Source: Candidatus Limnocylindrales bacterium (lineage in GTDB: Bacteria; Chloroflexota; Limnocylindria; Limnocylindrales; CSP1-4). From it: DNA of 64,000 bases. The position numbers and the translations under genes were made by a program. Below are positions 1-6,791 of this stretch, in pieces (position 1 is the first letter of the stretch; each line of letters starts with the position of its first letter). A model generated the notes under the pieces. It saw only the letters and a list, made by a program, of their open reading frames with translations. It was not told the origin of the DNA and did not search any database. The stretch is taken from assembly GCA_038328755.1 (NCBI GenBank), contig JBBQMH010000003.1, positions 5,652 through 69,651 on the forward strand. The letters are read 5' to 3'.

Positions 1-103
1 ACAGGACCAAGAACGCATCGGGGTGGCCTGGCGCGACCACTGGATCGACTACGAGGTCTATCGCGAATGCGTCCTCAGTTCGCTTGAGCCTGAACTTCTC
101 CAC
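1..103 (-). CDS. partial CDS (first ~34 codons, continues past window start), hypothetical
   Basis: Minus-strand GTG at 103 preceded by GGAAGGGGTGGGGG (SD-like), 18 nt after the stop of the 122..583 ORF. Reads VEKFRLKRTEDAFAIDLVVDPVVAPGHPDAF.. to the window edge. Third codon positions are mostly G/C. No family recognised. Confidence 0.25.
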   Translation of the reverse strand, partial: MEKFRLKRTEDAFAIDLVVDPVVAPGHPDAFLVL

Positions 104-121
104 GTCGCCCCCACCCCTTCC

Positions 122-583
122 TCAGTCCCACACCCAGCGACCCGTCCAGGCCCGGTTGAGCCGCTTCTGCTCCTTCGTGAGCCGGGCATACGGGGCCTTA
201 GCCGAGGAAGATCGGGGCACCGCCGCGAATTCGTGGTAGGTCACCGGGCGAATCCCCAGCAGCTCCGCCCGGGCGATCTGTCCAGCCTCGATGAACCACG
301 CTCGGGTCGGCCAGCCGCACACATAGTGGACCCACCAGTCGCGATCAGCATCGAAGGAGTACCCCGATGGCGAACACCCGCAGAAGCGAATCGGCGGCTC
401 ACGGCCGCACGCGTCGTGGAGAGTCACGCGGTGGGCGCGCACCGAGCAGGGTCGCTCAGGGAAGCCACAGCCGTCGGGGTGGTTGAGCAGCGTGCCCGCC
501 CCTGTCGCGGTCCAAGGGGCATCCGGGCACGAGCACCAGTCGTCCCCGAGTGGGGCCAGCCTCCCATCAAGCACGCCATCCAC
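122..583 (-). CDS. Cys/His-rich hypothetical protein (possible metal-binding)
   Basis: 153-aa ORF with 8 Cys and 5 His in spaced motifs (WCSCP, HPDGCG, HDACG, FCGCS, HYVCGWP). Lies 63 nt downstream of the Abi_C gene on the same strand. No family recognised by eye. Confidence 0.45.
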   Translation of the reverse strand: MDGVLDGRLAPLGDDWCSCPDAPWTATGAGTLLNHPDGCGFPERPCSVRAHRVTLHDACGREPPIRFCGCSPSGYSFDADRDWWVHYVCGWPTRAWFIEAGQIARAELLGIRPVTYHEFAAVPRSSSAKAPYARLTKEQKRLNRAWTGRWVWD

Positions 584-646
584 TGCAGGAGGTTAGCAGC
601 GCGAGCAAGGTCAGTGTCTGCCGGCGCGCTTGCGTGTGCCATGCCG

Positions 647-1522
647 TCAGTTCCTGCTCTCCGCGTCCGAGGTCTCGGCCGACTCTCGCCAGGGTGCGTC
701 TGGGTCCTCGAGGGTATCGAGAACGAAGGTGGCATAGGCCGCGGCCGAGCGCGCCGCAAACTCGGCGTGACGTGGCTTGATGCCGCTCACTCGACGACCG
801 CGGCCATGGCCAGTGCCATAGCCCATGTTCCGGAGCTCGGCGAGCCCGCCTGCCACCTGAGCAAGCCCGCCGAGGAGCTTCGTCATCACCTCCGCACCCT
901 TCGTCGTAGGTGCAACCGTCACGGGATGGAGCTTGAGGCGCATCAAGGCGCGTTTTGACAAAGCCGCGAGGTCCTCGCTGTCACCAACCGGCTCGCCCAG
1001 TTCCAACAGCGCGAACTTCGCCGTGGCCTCGACGAGTTCCTTCGCTGCCCCGATCAACTCCTCAGGGGCTTGATCCAACCTCTCGAGCCGCTCGACGTGG
1101 AGACGAATGCCGCTCTCCGACGGCATCGATGCGAGGCGGGCGGACAGGGACAGCGCTGCAGCAGGCAGGCGAAGGTGGCCCTTCGAGTCTCGCTCGATCC
1201 CGGCACGGCTGATGGCCTTCGCCAGTTTCTCGAACCTGCTTCTGCCGTCGTCGTTGTCGTGATCATCGAGGATCCGCTCGACCACGCGCAGGTAGCGACC
1301 GACCTGCTCGGGCGAGGTGAAGTCGATGGCCGCGTGGTAGCAATCGGCTTCCCCACGGCGCGCTCCGCTGGCCGTCGGCACGAAGTCGAGGGCCGGCTGG
1401 AAGTCCTCGACCAGGAACAACTCGCCGATTGCCGCCACGCTGTAAAGGCCCCAGCCCCCAACGCAGTCGCGGACCGCGTAGCGCACACTCAGGGGCACCA
1501 GGTCACGACGTGCTTGCGGCAT
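647..1522 (-). CDS. Abi_C (abortive-infection C-terminal) domain protein
   Basis: C-terminal half reads ..AKELVEATAKFALLE..LGGLAQVAGGLAELRNMGYGTGHGRG..HAEFAARSAAAYATFVL, the LRN-x-G-x-GHG signature of the Abi_C domain family. Start placed at ATG 1522 (MPQARRDL) rather than the ORF-track maximum 1678. Confidence 0.7.
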   Translation of the reverse strand: MPQARRDLVPLSVRYAVRDCVGGWGLYSVAAIGELFLVEDFQPALDFVPTASGARRGEADCYHAAIDFTSPEQVGRYLRVVERILDDHDNDDGRSRFEKLAKAISRAGIERDSKGHLRLPAAALSLSARLASMPSESGIRLHVERLERLDQAPEELIGAAKELVEATAKFALLELGEPVGDSEDLAALSKRALMRLKLHPVTVAPTTKGAEVMTKLLGGLAQVAGGLAELRNMGYGTGHGRGRRVSGIKPRHAEFAARSAAAYATFVLDTLEDPDAPWRESAETSDAESRN

Positions 1523-1671
1523 AATCCTCGTCCTCAGCGCCGGGCGGTCACCGGTATCTGACGCGCGCAGCGGTGACACGATGGTAGCGCCGAGGCCACC
1601 CATCCAACCCGGATGCGGTGGCAACGGTGGTACGTTCAGCAGGACCGACAGGACCCATCCGAAGATTGCGT

Positions 1672-1905
1672 GTGGCATGGCAGGACACGCCGGTCCTCTG
1701 CTTCCTCAACGTGGAGTGGCCTTTGCTGGGCGCGCCCGATAGCTTTCGTGGCGTGCGGCTTGAGAGCCACCGGTCCATCAAGCGCCTGGAAACGAAGACG
1801 ACGGTCCAGATCGAGCCGCAGGCCGACTACCTCGTCGCCCTCGTGTCGGAGGCTCTACCGCCGAAGTGTCCGAGGACTGCGACGCCACGCGCCTCGTCGC
1901 CCTGA
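1672..1905 (+). CDS. short hypothetical ORF, possibly the 5' part of a frameshifted gene
   Basis: In the frame of ORF 1618..1905, third positions become strongly G/C from about 1672 (GTG). Reads ..VLCFLNVEWPLLGAPDSFRGVRLESHRSIKRLETKTTVQIEPQADYLVALVSEALPPK. Ends 40 nt inside the next ORF, which is in another frame. Confidence 0.3.
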   Translation: MAWQDTPVLCFLNVEWPLLGAPDSFRGVRLESHRSIKRLETKTTVQIEPQADYLVALVSEALPPKCPRTATPRASSP

Positions 1906-2618
1906 CGGCGGCCAACCTTGGCCGTTGGAGGATTGCCTTCCAGGCCGCCAAGCGCTACCTGGCCATGTCTGATCACGATTCTGCTCGGCATCGGCGCAGA
2001 TTTGAGGACCACATTCTTCCTACGGCGCTTGACAAGGCTGGCGAGGCTGGCGCTGAGGAACTTGAGCATGCCGTCGACGCCGCGGAGCGGCTGGTTGGAC
2101 CAACCGAACTGATCAAGCAGCGGCGCGCTTTCTCGCATGCCATCCGCGGCGACGTCGACGCCGTATGCGCGGCGTTCGGAGAGGATCGCTCACGAGTCGA
2201 CGAACTGCGCCCGGTTGATCAGCTCATGGTTGGACTTGGTTACTTCTACTGTCAGGAGTACGCGTCAGGCCTCGCAATCTGGTTGCGGCATGAAGCACTC
2301 CTGCCAGAGCCGGATGGATTGGTACGCCTGGCCGAATGCGCCGTCGGCGCCGGGGACGTCACCACGGCTTGCCGCGCGCTCGAGCGTTTGGCGACTGTTG
2401 CTGGACCGCACTCCGACGTTGCCCGGGTTGCGTCCACGATCTTGCGTGCCAAAGACAAGAAGGCGGTTCGAGCGCAACTCTCGGGTTTGAGCGTCAGCGA
2501 CCAGGCATGGTTCCAATCCCGGCCAGAGACGCCTGCGCCGGCTCGATCCTCGTGGGAAGGTAGACATCGACCGACGTCCTCCGTTCTTGACGGCATGACG
2601 CGATCGCTACCGAACTGA
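1866..2618 (+). CDS. hypothetical protein
   Basis: 250-aa ORF starting at GTG. Helical-looking sequence with more T-ending codons than its neighbours. No family recognised. Confidence 0.5.
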   Translation: MSEDCDATRLVALTAANLGRWRIAFQAAKRYLAMSDHDSARHRRRFEDHILPTALDKAGEAGAEELEHAVDAAERLVGPTELIKQRRAFSHAIRGDVDAVCAAFGEDRSRVDELRPVDQLMVGLGYFYCQEYASGLAIWLRHEALLPEPDGLVRLAECAVGAGDVTTACRALERLATVAGPHSDVARVASTILRAKDKKAVRAQLSGLSVSDQAWFQSRPETPAPARSSWEGRHRPTSSVLDGMTRSLPN

Positions 2619-2896
2619 TCGCGCCACCACCGGGGTTTGCTAACAAAGGGGCGGTTGCGCGCGCAACAATACGGCTGGCCCGTGGGAGTGAGCATCTGGA
2701 CGAGCGCGTGGGGCGAGGGCTCCCGCAGATGACCTACAGCAGTCGCACTGGCTCATCGCTCCCGTTGTGCTGATCCTACGCGTCGATGACCGTCAGGTGG
2801 CGCCAAATGGTGACCTTCACATGCCACACGGGAACACCACGTTTCTAAGACATTTCTACGAGATTTCACACCACAGGTAACCGTTGCCAAAGACGC

Positions 2897-2924
2897 CGCA
2901 GACATAACTTACATTATCGGCAGT
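2897..2924 (-). other. dif-like XerC/XerD recombination site candidate
   Basis: Minus-strand reading ACTGCCGATAA-TGTAAG-TTATGTCTGCG. It has the inner inverted repeat ATAA-N6-TTATGT typical of dif and is 17/28 identical to E. coli dif GGTGCGCATAATGTATATTATGTTAAAT. Confidence 0.35.
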
Positions 2925-2981
2925 GCCATTCTCGTACCCAAAAATGCCGGCGTGGCGCCTGGGTGTCGTTCGCCGTGTTGG

Positions 2982-3359
2982 TCAGGCGCGCAGGACTTCG
3001 ACGTCGTAGGCGTCGAACATTCGGTCGCGGGTAACGACGACCGCGTTCAATCGGGCCGCCTGGGCGATGATCATGCGGTCGAATGGATCCCGATGGTGGC
3101 GCGGCAGGCGCCCGGCGTCGACGGCATCGCTCCCCGTCACAGGGAGACAGGAGAAGCCCTCATCCTCGATGACCGCGACGAGATCGGAGGGCGCTTCGAG
3201 TTTGCCGAGGGCTCGCTTGATCTCGAGCTCCCACACCGTGGCGGCGGACACGATGACGTCATTTGCAGGATCTGCGATCGCCCCGCGCGCCGCGGCGCTC
3301 AGCGTCGACTCGTTGCGCATCCACCAGAGTGTGGCGTGGGCGTCGAGCATGAGGATCAT
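2982..3359 (-). CDS. vapC: PIN-domain toxin (VapC family)
   Basis: 125 aa. Reads MILMLDAHATLWW.., ..SAATVWELEIK.., ..HHRDPFDRMIIAQA.., typical PIN acidic residues and layout. Start overlaps the antitoxin stop by 4 nt. Confidence 0.9.
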   Translation of the reverse strand: MILMLDAHATLWWMRNESTLSAAARGAIADPANDVIVSAATVWELEIKRALGKLEAPSDLVAVIEDEGFSCLPVTGSDAVDAGRLPRHHRDPFDRMIIAQAARLNAVVVTRDRMFDAYDVEVLRA

Positions 3360-3598
3360 GGGCCCGGACCTTCGAAGTCCTGGATCAGTTGTTCATTCAC
3401 GTCATCGAAGTCCGGTGCGATGACGATCTGGTCCCGCCATCGACCCGGCACGCGTGGCGTCGTCCGACTCCGATATGGTACGAGTCGCGCTACGGGCCGG
3501 CCCGCCCGGGCGATGACCACCTCTTCACCCGCCTCGACCCGTTCGACCAGGCGCGAGAGGTGTGTCTTCGCCTCATGGATGTTGACCGAATCAGCCAT
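3356..3598 (-). CDS. Phd/YefM-family antitoxin
   Basis: 80 aa. MADSVNIHEAKTHLSRLVERVEAGEEVVIARAGRPVARLVP is a classic Phd/YefM N-terminus. Lies directly upstream of, and overlapping, the PIN toxin gene. Confidence 0.85.
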   Translation of the reverse strand: MADSVNIHEAKTHLSRLVERVEAGEEVVIARAGRPVARLVPYRSRTTPRVPGRWRDQIVIAPDFDDVNEQLIQDFEGPGP

Positions 3599-3604
3599 GG
3601 GAGG

Positions 3605-3634
3605 AGCCTACACGAGTTAGTCCGTGTTAGTCAA
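3605..3634 (-). promoter_or_regulatory. putative vapBC promoter with direct-repeat operator, leaderless
   Basis: Minus strand: TTGACT (3634-3629), 18-nt spacer, TAGGCT (3610-3605), then only 6 nt (CCTCCC, no SD) before the ATG at 3598. GACTAAC is repeated twice with 10-bp period (plus-strand GTTAGTC at 3616-3622 and 3626-3632) across the -35 and spacer. Confidence 0.35.
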
Positions 3635-3826
3635 CATTGGTCCAGCAGGTGGGTTCTCGGCGGTCTGGCGTTCGTCAACGTCGGCGCGGCTCGCTCACGG
3701 TGACGGAGACAGCAAAACGCCCGAAGGAACCGCCTCCGGACCAGGGACCAATCCAACTCGGAGCAAGCTCCAGGTCGGGACCGATGCAAGCACCAGTCAG
3801 TCCACCGATCGTTTCGGGGCCCCTTC

Positions 3827-3934
3827 GGGCAAGACCTACATTACTTGGCAGGGCGCTGCCAGGAACAGGCCCTTATCCACGAAATTCGCAATTGGTGGCC
3901 GGATTCCGGGTGAGTCGTCCACAGGGAATCCACG
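3827..3934 (+). repeat. composite repeat module A (GGGCAAGAC / CTTATCCACGA / GTCGTCCACAGG / TCCACG)
   Basis: Four conserved blocks at 3827, 3872, 3914 and 3929. The spacing is identical to module B, 359 bp downstream. Sequence between the blocks is essentially unconserved. Confidence 0.6.
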
Positions 3935-4185
3935 GAACGCTCGTTCGGTCCTACTGGACCACCAGCGTTCTCGTCGCTCGGCCCGGGGATCGCGAGTGCC
4001 GAGACAACTGCCGGCTAGGCCGGCGGCGGGACCCGGCTGGCATCCAGGCGCACACCCTCGCGGGCATACAGAAACGCCCGGAGAAACCATTCCCCGTTCC
4101 CGATCCCGCCCGCCTGGTGCAAGCACCTGGCGCTTGGTGGTCACTGCAAGCACTGACCTGACCGTTCTCGGTTGTTTGCCTCTCC

Positions 4186-4293
4186 GGGCAAGACGTAATG
4201 TACCCCGGGCCCTGGTAGGTGCGATACCCACTTATCCACGACTTTTCGCGATGGGAGGGCTATTTCGAGGTGGTCGTCCACAGGCCGTCCACG
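4186..4293 (+). repeat. composite repeat module B
   Basis: The same four blocks at 4186, 4231, 4273 and 4288, colinear with module A at a constant 359-bp offset without indels across the blocks. Confidence 0.6.
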
Positions 4294-4337
4294 AACGTGC
4301 CCGAATGGCGCGTCGCAGAGCACATCCCAGCGGTGTC

Positions 4338-5282
4338 TTAGGTTGCGCGATCCAGGCGCGCCGTGGTCGACAGAGCCATCTTCTCCTCGAATCGCTGGGC
4401 GGCCAACTCGAGCTTGGCCAGGTGTTCGGCGAGAATCCGCCGGGCATCCTCGGCAGCGGCATCGAGGTTCGTCAGCTCGAAGATCTTCCAGTGATTGATG
4501 ATCGGCAACAGGACTTCGTCGCGATGGATCCGGAGGTCATAGATGCCCGCCCTGGCCATGGTGGCAGCCTTTCGAAGGAATCCCGGGATTCCATTTCCCG
4601 GCATCTGGAACGCCAGGACCTCGGCGACGATGGCCTGGACCGCTCGCGACGGTTGGATCTTCAGGGCGGCACCCAGGATGTCCCGGTAGAAGACCATGTG
4701 CAGGTTCTCGTCGGCGGCGATCCGGATCATGATCTTGTCGGCCACAGGATCGTCCGAGTAGCGACCGGTATTCCGATGCGAGATCCGGGTCGCCAGCTCC
4801 TGGAAGGCGACGTAGGCCAGCCCGCGCAGGGTGTCGATGCTGTCGCGCTCATAGCCGTGCTGCAGCTGGGTCATCCGTCCCCGCTCGAGCAAGGTCGGAT
4901 CGAAGTTGCGGGTCACCGTGAGGTAGTCGCGGAGCACGATCGCGTGGCGGCCCTCTTCGGCGGTCCAGCGGCCGATCCAGTTGATCCAGGCACCATCGCC
5001 AGACCCGAACATGCCATGAATCAGCCGGTGATAGGAGGGCAGGTTGTCCTCGGTCAGCAGGCCGACCTCGAACGCGGTCTGGGCAACGCCGGTCAGTCGC
5101 GGCTGCTCTGGCGTCCACGGTTCCTTGTCGAAGTCACGCCCAAGCCGGTATGGGATGAAGTCGTGCGGGAACCACTCCTCGGCGACGCGTGCGTGCCGGT
5201 CATACAGCCGGGCGGCTTCGGGCTCCAACTCAAAGAGCAGGTCCCGGTCCCTCGGCAGGTCTTCAGTGTCGCGCTCGGCCAA
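4338..5282 (-). CDS. acyl-ACP desaturase (soluble di-iron desaturase family)
   Basis: 314 aa. Has ..WTAEEGRHAIVLRDYL.. and ..AADENLHMVFY.. (the two E-x-x-H di-iron motifs). Overall resembles mycobacterial DesA1/DesA2-type stearoyl-ACP desaturases. Confidence 0.85.
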   Translation of the reverse strand: MAERDTEDLPRDRDLLFELEPEAARLYDRHARVAEEWFPHDFIPYRLGRDFDKEPWTPEQPRLTGVAQTAFEVGLLTEDNLPSYHRLIHGMFGSGDGAWINWIGRWTAEEGRHAIVLRDYLTVTRNFDPTLLERGRMTQLQHGYERDSIDTLRGLAYVAFQELATRISHRNTGRYSDDPVADKIMIRIAADENLHMVFYRDILGAALKIQPSRAVQAIVAEVLAFQMPGNGIPGFLRKAATMARAGIYDLRIHRDEVLLPIINHWKIFELTNLDAAAEDARRILAEHLAKLELAAQRFEEKMALSTTARLDRAT

Positions 5283-5402
5283 CGTGCTACTCCGCGGGCC
5301 GAGGCCCCCGACGTGGACGGCTTCTCATCGGCCTGTTGGGTGCAGGGTACTCGGCCAGGCGGATATTCCCGGCGAACGCGTGCGGACCTGCACGCACCCG
5401 CG

Positions 5403-6725
5403 TCAATCCGTTGTCGAGCCGCCGGAGGCGAGCGTTTCGGACCAGGCCGCGGCCACCCGTTCGAGTTCGGCGGCCAGGACCGGCGCAACGCGTCCGAAAA
5501 CCCGAACGTCACGCGGCTGGTAGTCGAGCTCGACCGTGCCCCGTTCACGGATCCGGGCGATGAGTTCCCCGGCGGTATATGGCACGTGGACGTCGACGTC
5601 GACCCAGAGCGACCCGAGAAGCGCCGACAGTTCGACCTTCAGGGTGTCGAGCCCGTACCCGGTCAGCGCGGATACGAAGACGGAGCCCGCGATCGCCGGA
5701 ACCGGTGCGGCGCCGTCCTGTGCCGCGGCAGCAAGCAGGTCGGCCTTGTTGAAGACGACCAGTCGGGGCTTCTCCCCTGCCCCGAGGTCATCGAGAACCT
5801 CCTGCACCGTCGCCCGATGCTCGGCGAAGTGTGGATCCGAGGCATCGACGACTTCGAGGAGGACGTCGGCCCGGTTGACCTCCTCGAGGGTGGCGCGAAA
5901 CGCGTCGATGAGCTGATGCGGCAGCTTGTGAATGAACCCGACCGTGTCGGTCACGATCGCAGACTGGCCATCGCCGAGCTTGACCTGGCGGCTCGTCGGG
6001 TCGAGCGTTGCGAAGAGCTTGTCCTCCGCGAGGGCGACAACCGATCCGACCATCGTATTGAGAAGGGTGGATTTTCCGGCATTCGTGTAGCCCACGATGC
6101 CGACCGTCGCGACCAATCGCCGGTCCCGTCCGCGGGCCGCCGTCTCGCGGTTCTGGCGAACGTCCTCGACGCGTGCCTTCATCCGCTTGATCCGCTCGCG
6201 AATGAGGCGACGATCCGTCTCGAGCTGCGACTCACCCGGTCCCCTCGTGCCGATCCCGCCACCGGTTCGAGACAGGTGCGTCCACAAGCGCGTCAGCCTC
6301 GGAAGCTGGTATTCGAGCTGGGCGAGCTCGACCTGGAGCCGACCCTCGTGGGTTCGCGCATGCTGGGCAAAGATGTCCAGGATCAGGCGACTCCGATCGA
6401 TCACCTTGACGTTGAGCAGACTCTCGAGCGCCTTCTGCTGGGATGGTGAGAGCTCGTCATCGGCGACCAGGAGGTCGAACTTGGTCTCGTTCCGGGCCGC
6501 GACGAGTTCCTCGGCCTTGCCCTTCCCGATGTACCAGTTCGGGTCGATATGGCGCCGGTTCTGCCACTCGGCACCAACCACGTCCGCGCCCGCGGTCTTC
6601 GCCAGGTTGGCAAGCTCCACCAGCGAATCCTCGGCCGACCAGCCGGCATCGGAACCGGTATCGACGGCAACGAGAAACGCCCGCTCGACGGGCGGCGCGA
6701 GATCGATCGATGTGGTTCGTGACAC
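5403..6725 (-). CDS. hflX: GTPase HflX
   Basis: 440 aa. HflX N-domain (..GKGKAEELV..), a coiled linker (LQVELAQLEYQLPRL), a G-domain with VGIVGYTNAGKSTLLN and DTVGFI, then NKADL. Confidence 0.95.
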   Translation of the reverse strand: MSRTTSIDLAPPVERAFLVAVDTGSDAGWSAEDSLVELANLAKTAGADVVGAEWQNRRHIDPNWYIGKGKAEELVAARNETKFDLLVADDELSPSQQKALESLLNVKVIDRSRLILDIFAQHARTHEGRLQVELAQLEYQLPRLTRLWTHLSRTGGGIGTRGPGESQLETDRRLIRERIKRMKARVEDVRQNRETAARGRDRRLVATVGIVGYTNAGKSTLLNTMVGSVVALAEDKLFATLDPTSRQVKLGDGQSAIVTDTVGFIHKLPHQLIDAFRATLEEVNRADVLLEVVDASDPHFAEHRATVQEVLDDLGAGEKPRLVVFNKADLLAAAAQDGAAPVPAIAGSVFVSALTGYGLDTLKVELSALLGSLWVDVDVHVPYTAGELIARIRERGTVELDYQPRDVRVFGRVAPVLAAELERVAAAWSETLASGGSTTD

Positions 6726-6791
6726 GCTCGTGAGAATACGCGGGGCGGGCGGTCGTCGCCTCGGGCGTCGCTCAGCGTGTCGCGGGGAGCC

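Noticed and set aside
23-958. 311-aa plus-strand ORF at the window start
   Set aside because: It overlaps, in antisense, the Cys-rich ORF and the 3' end of the Abi_C gene, both of which have better coding character and motif content. It has no recognisable family. Its first ~25 codons look protein-like, but that stretch is equally well explained by the minus-strand partial CDS 1-103.
2654-2667. 14-bp perfect palindrome GTTGCGCGCGCAAC, 36 nt after the stop of the 1866-2618 ORF
   Set aside because: It could be a terminator stem or a protein site. However, it has no loop and no U-tract, it is a single occurrence, and such GC palindromes arise easily in high-GC DNA. There is not enough evidence to call it.
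3790-4300. DnaA-box cluster interpreted as the chromosomal replication origin (oriC)
   Set aside because: No dnaA, dnaN or other origin-linked genes are nearby, and no obvious AT-rich unwinding element is adjacent to the boxes. The strong minus-strand gene bias to the right is the opposite of what an origin here would give; it fits a terminus-proximal position. The cluster is kept as a finding only in the sense of a non-origin DnaA-box/iteron-like cluster.
3624-6449. 941-aa plus-strand ORF spanning the non-coding gap, the desaturase gene and hflX
   Set aside because: It runs antisense to two genes with unmistakable family signatures. Its translation is Arg/Pro/Gly-rich low-complexity, typical of shadow ORFs in high-GC DNA. 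The same reasoning rejects 27230..29692(-), 58870..60927(+), 20097..21764(-), 23187..24677(-), 45257..46414(-), 46830..47909(-), 61564..62613(-) and the many shorter antisense or offset ORFs in the track.
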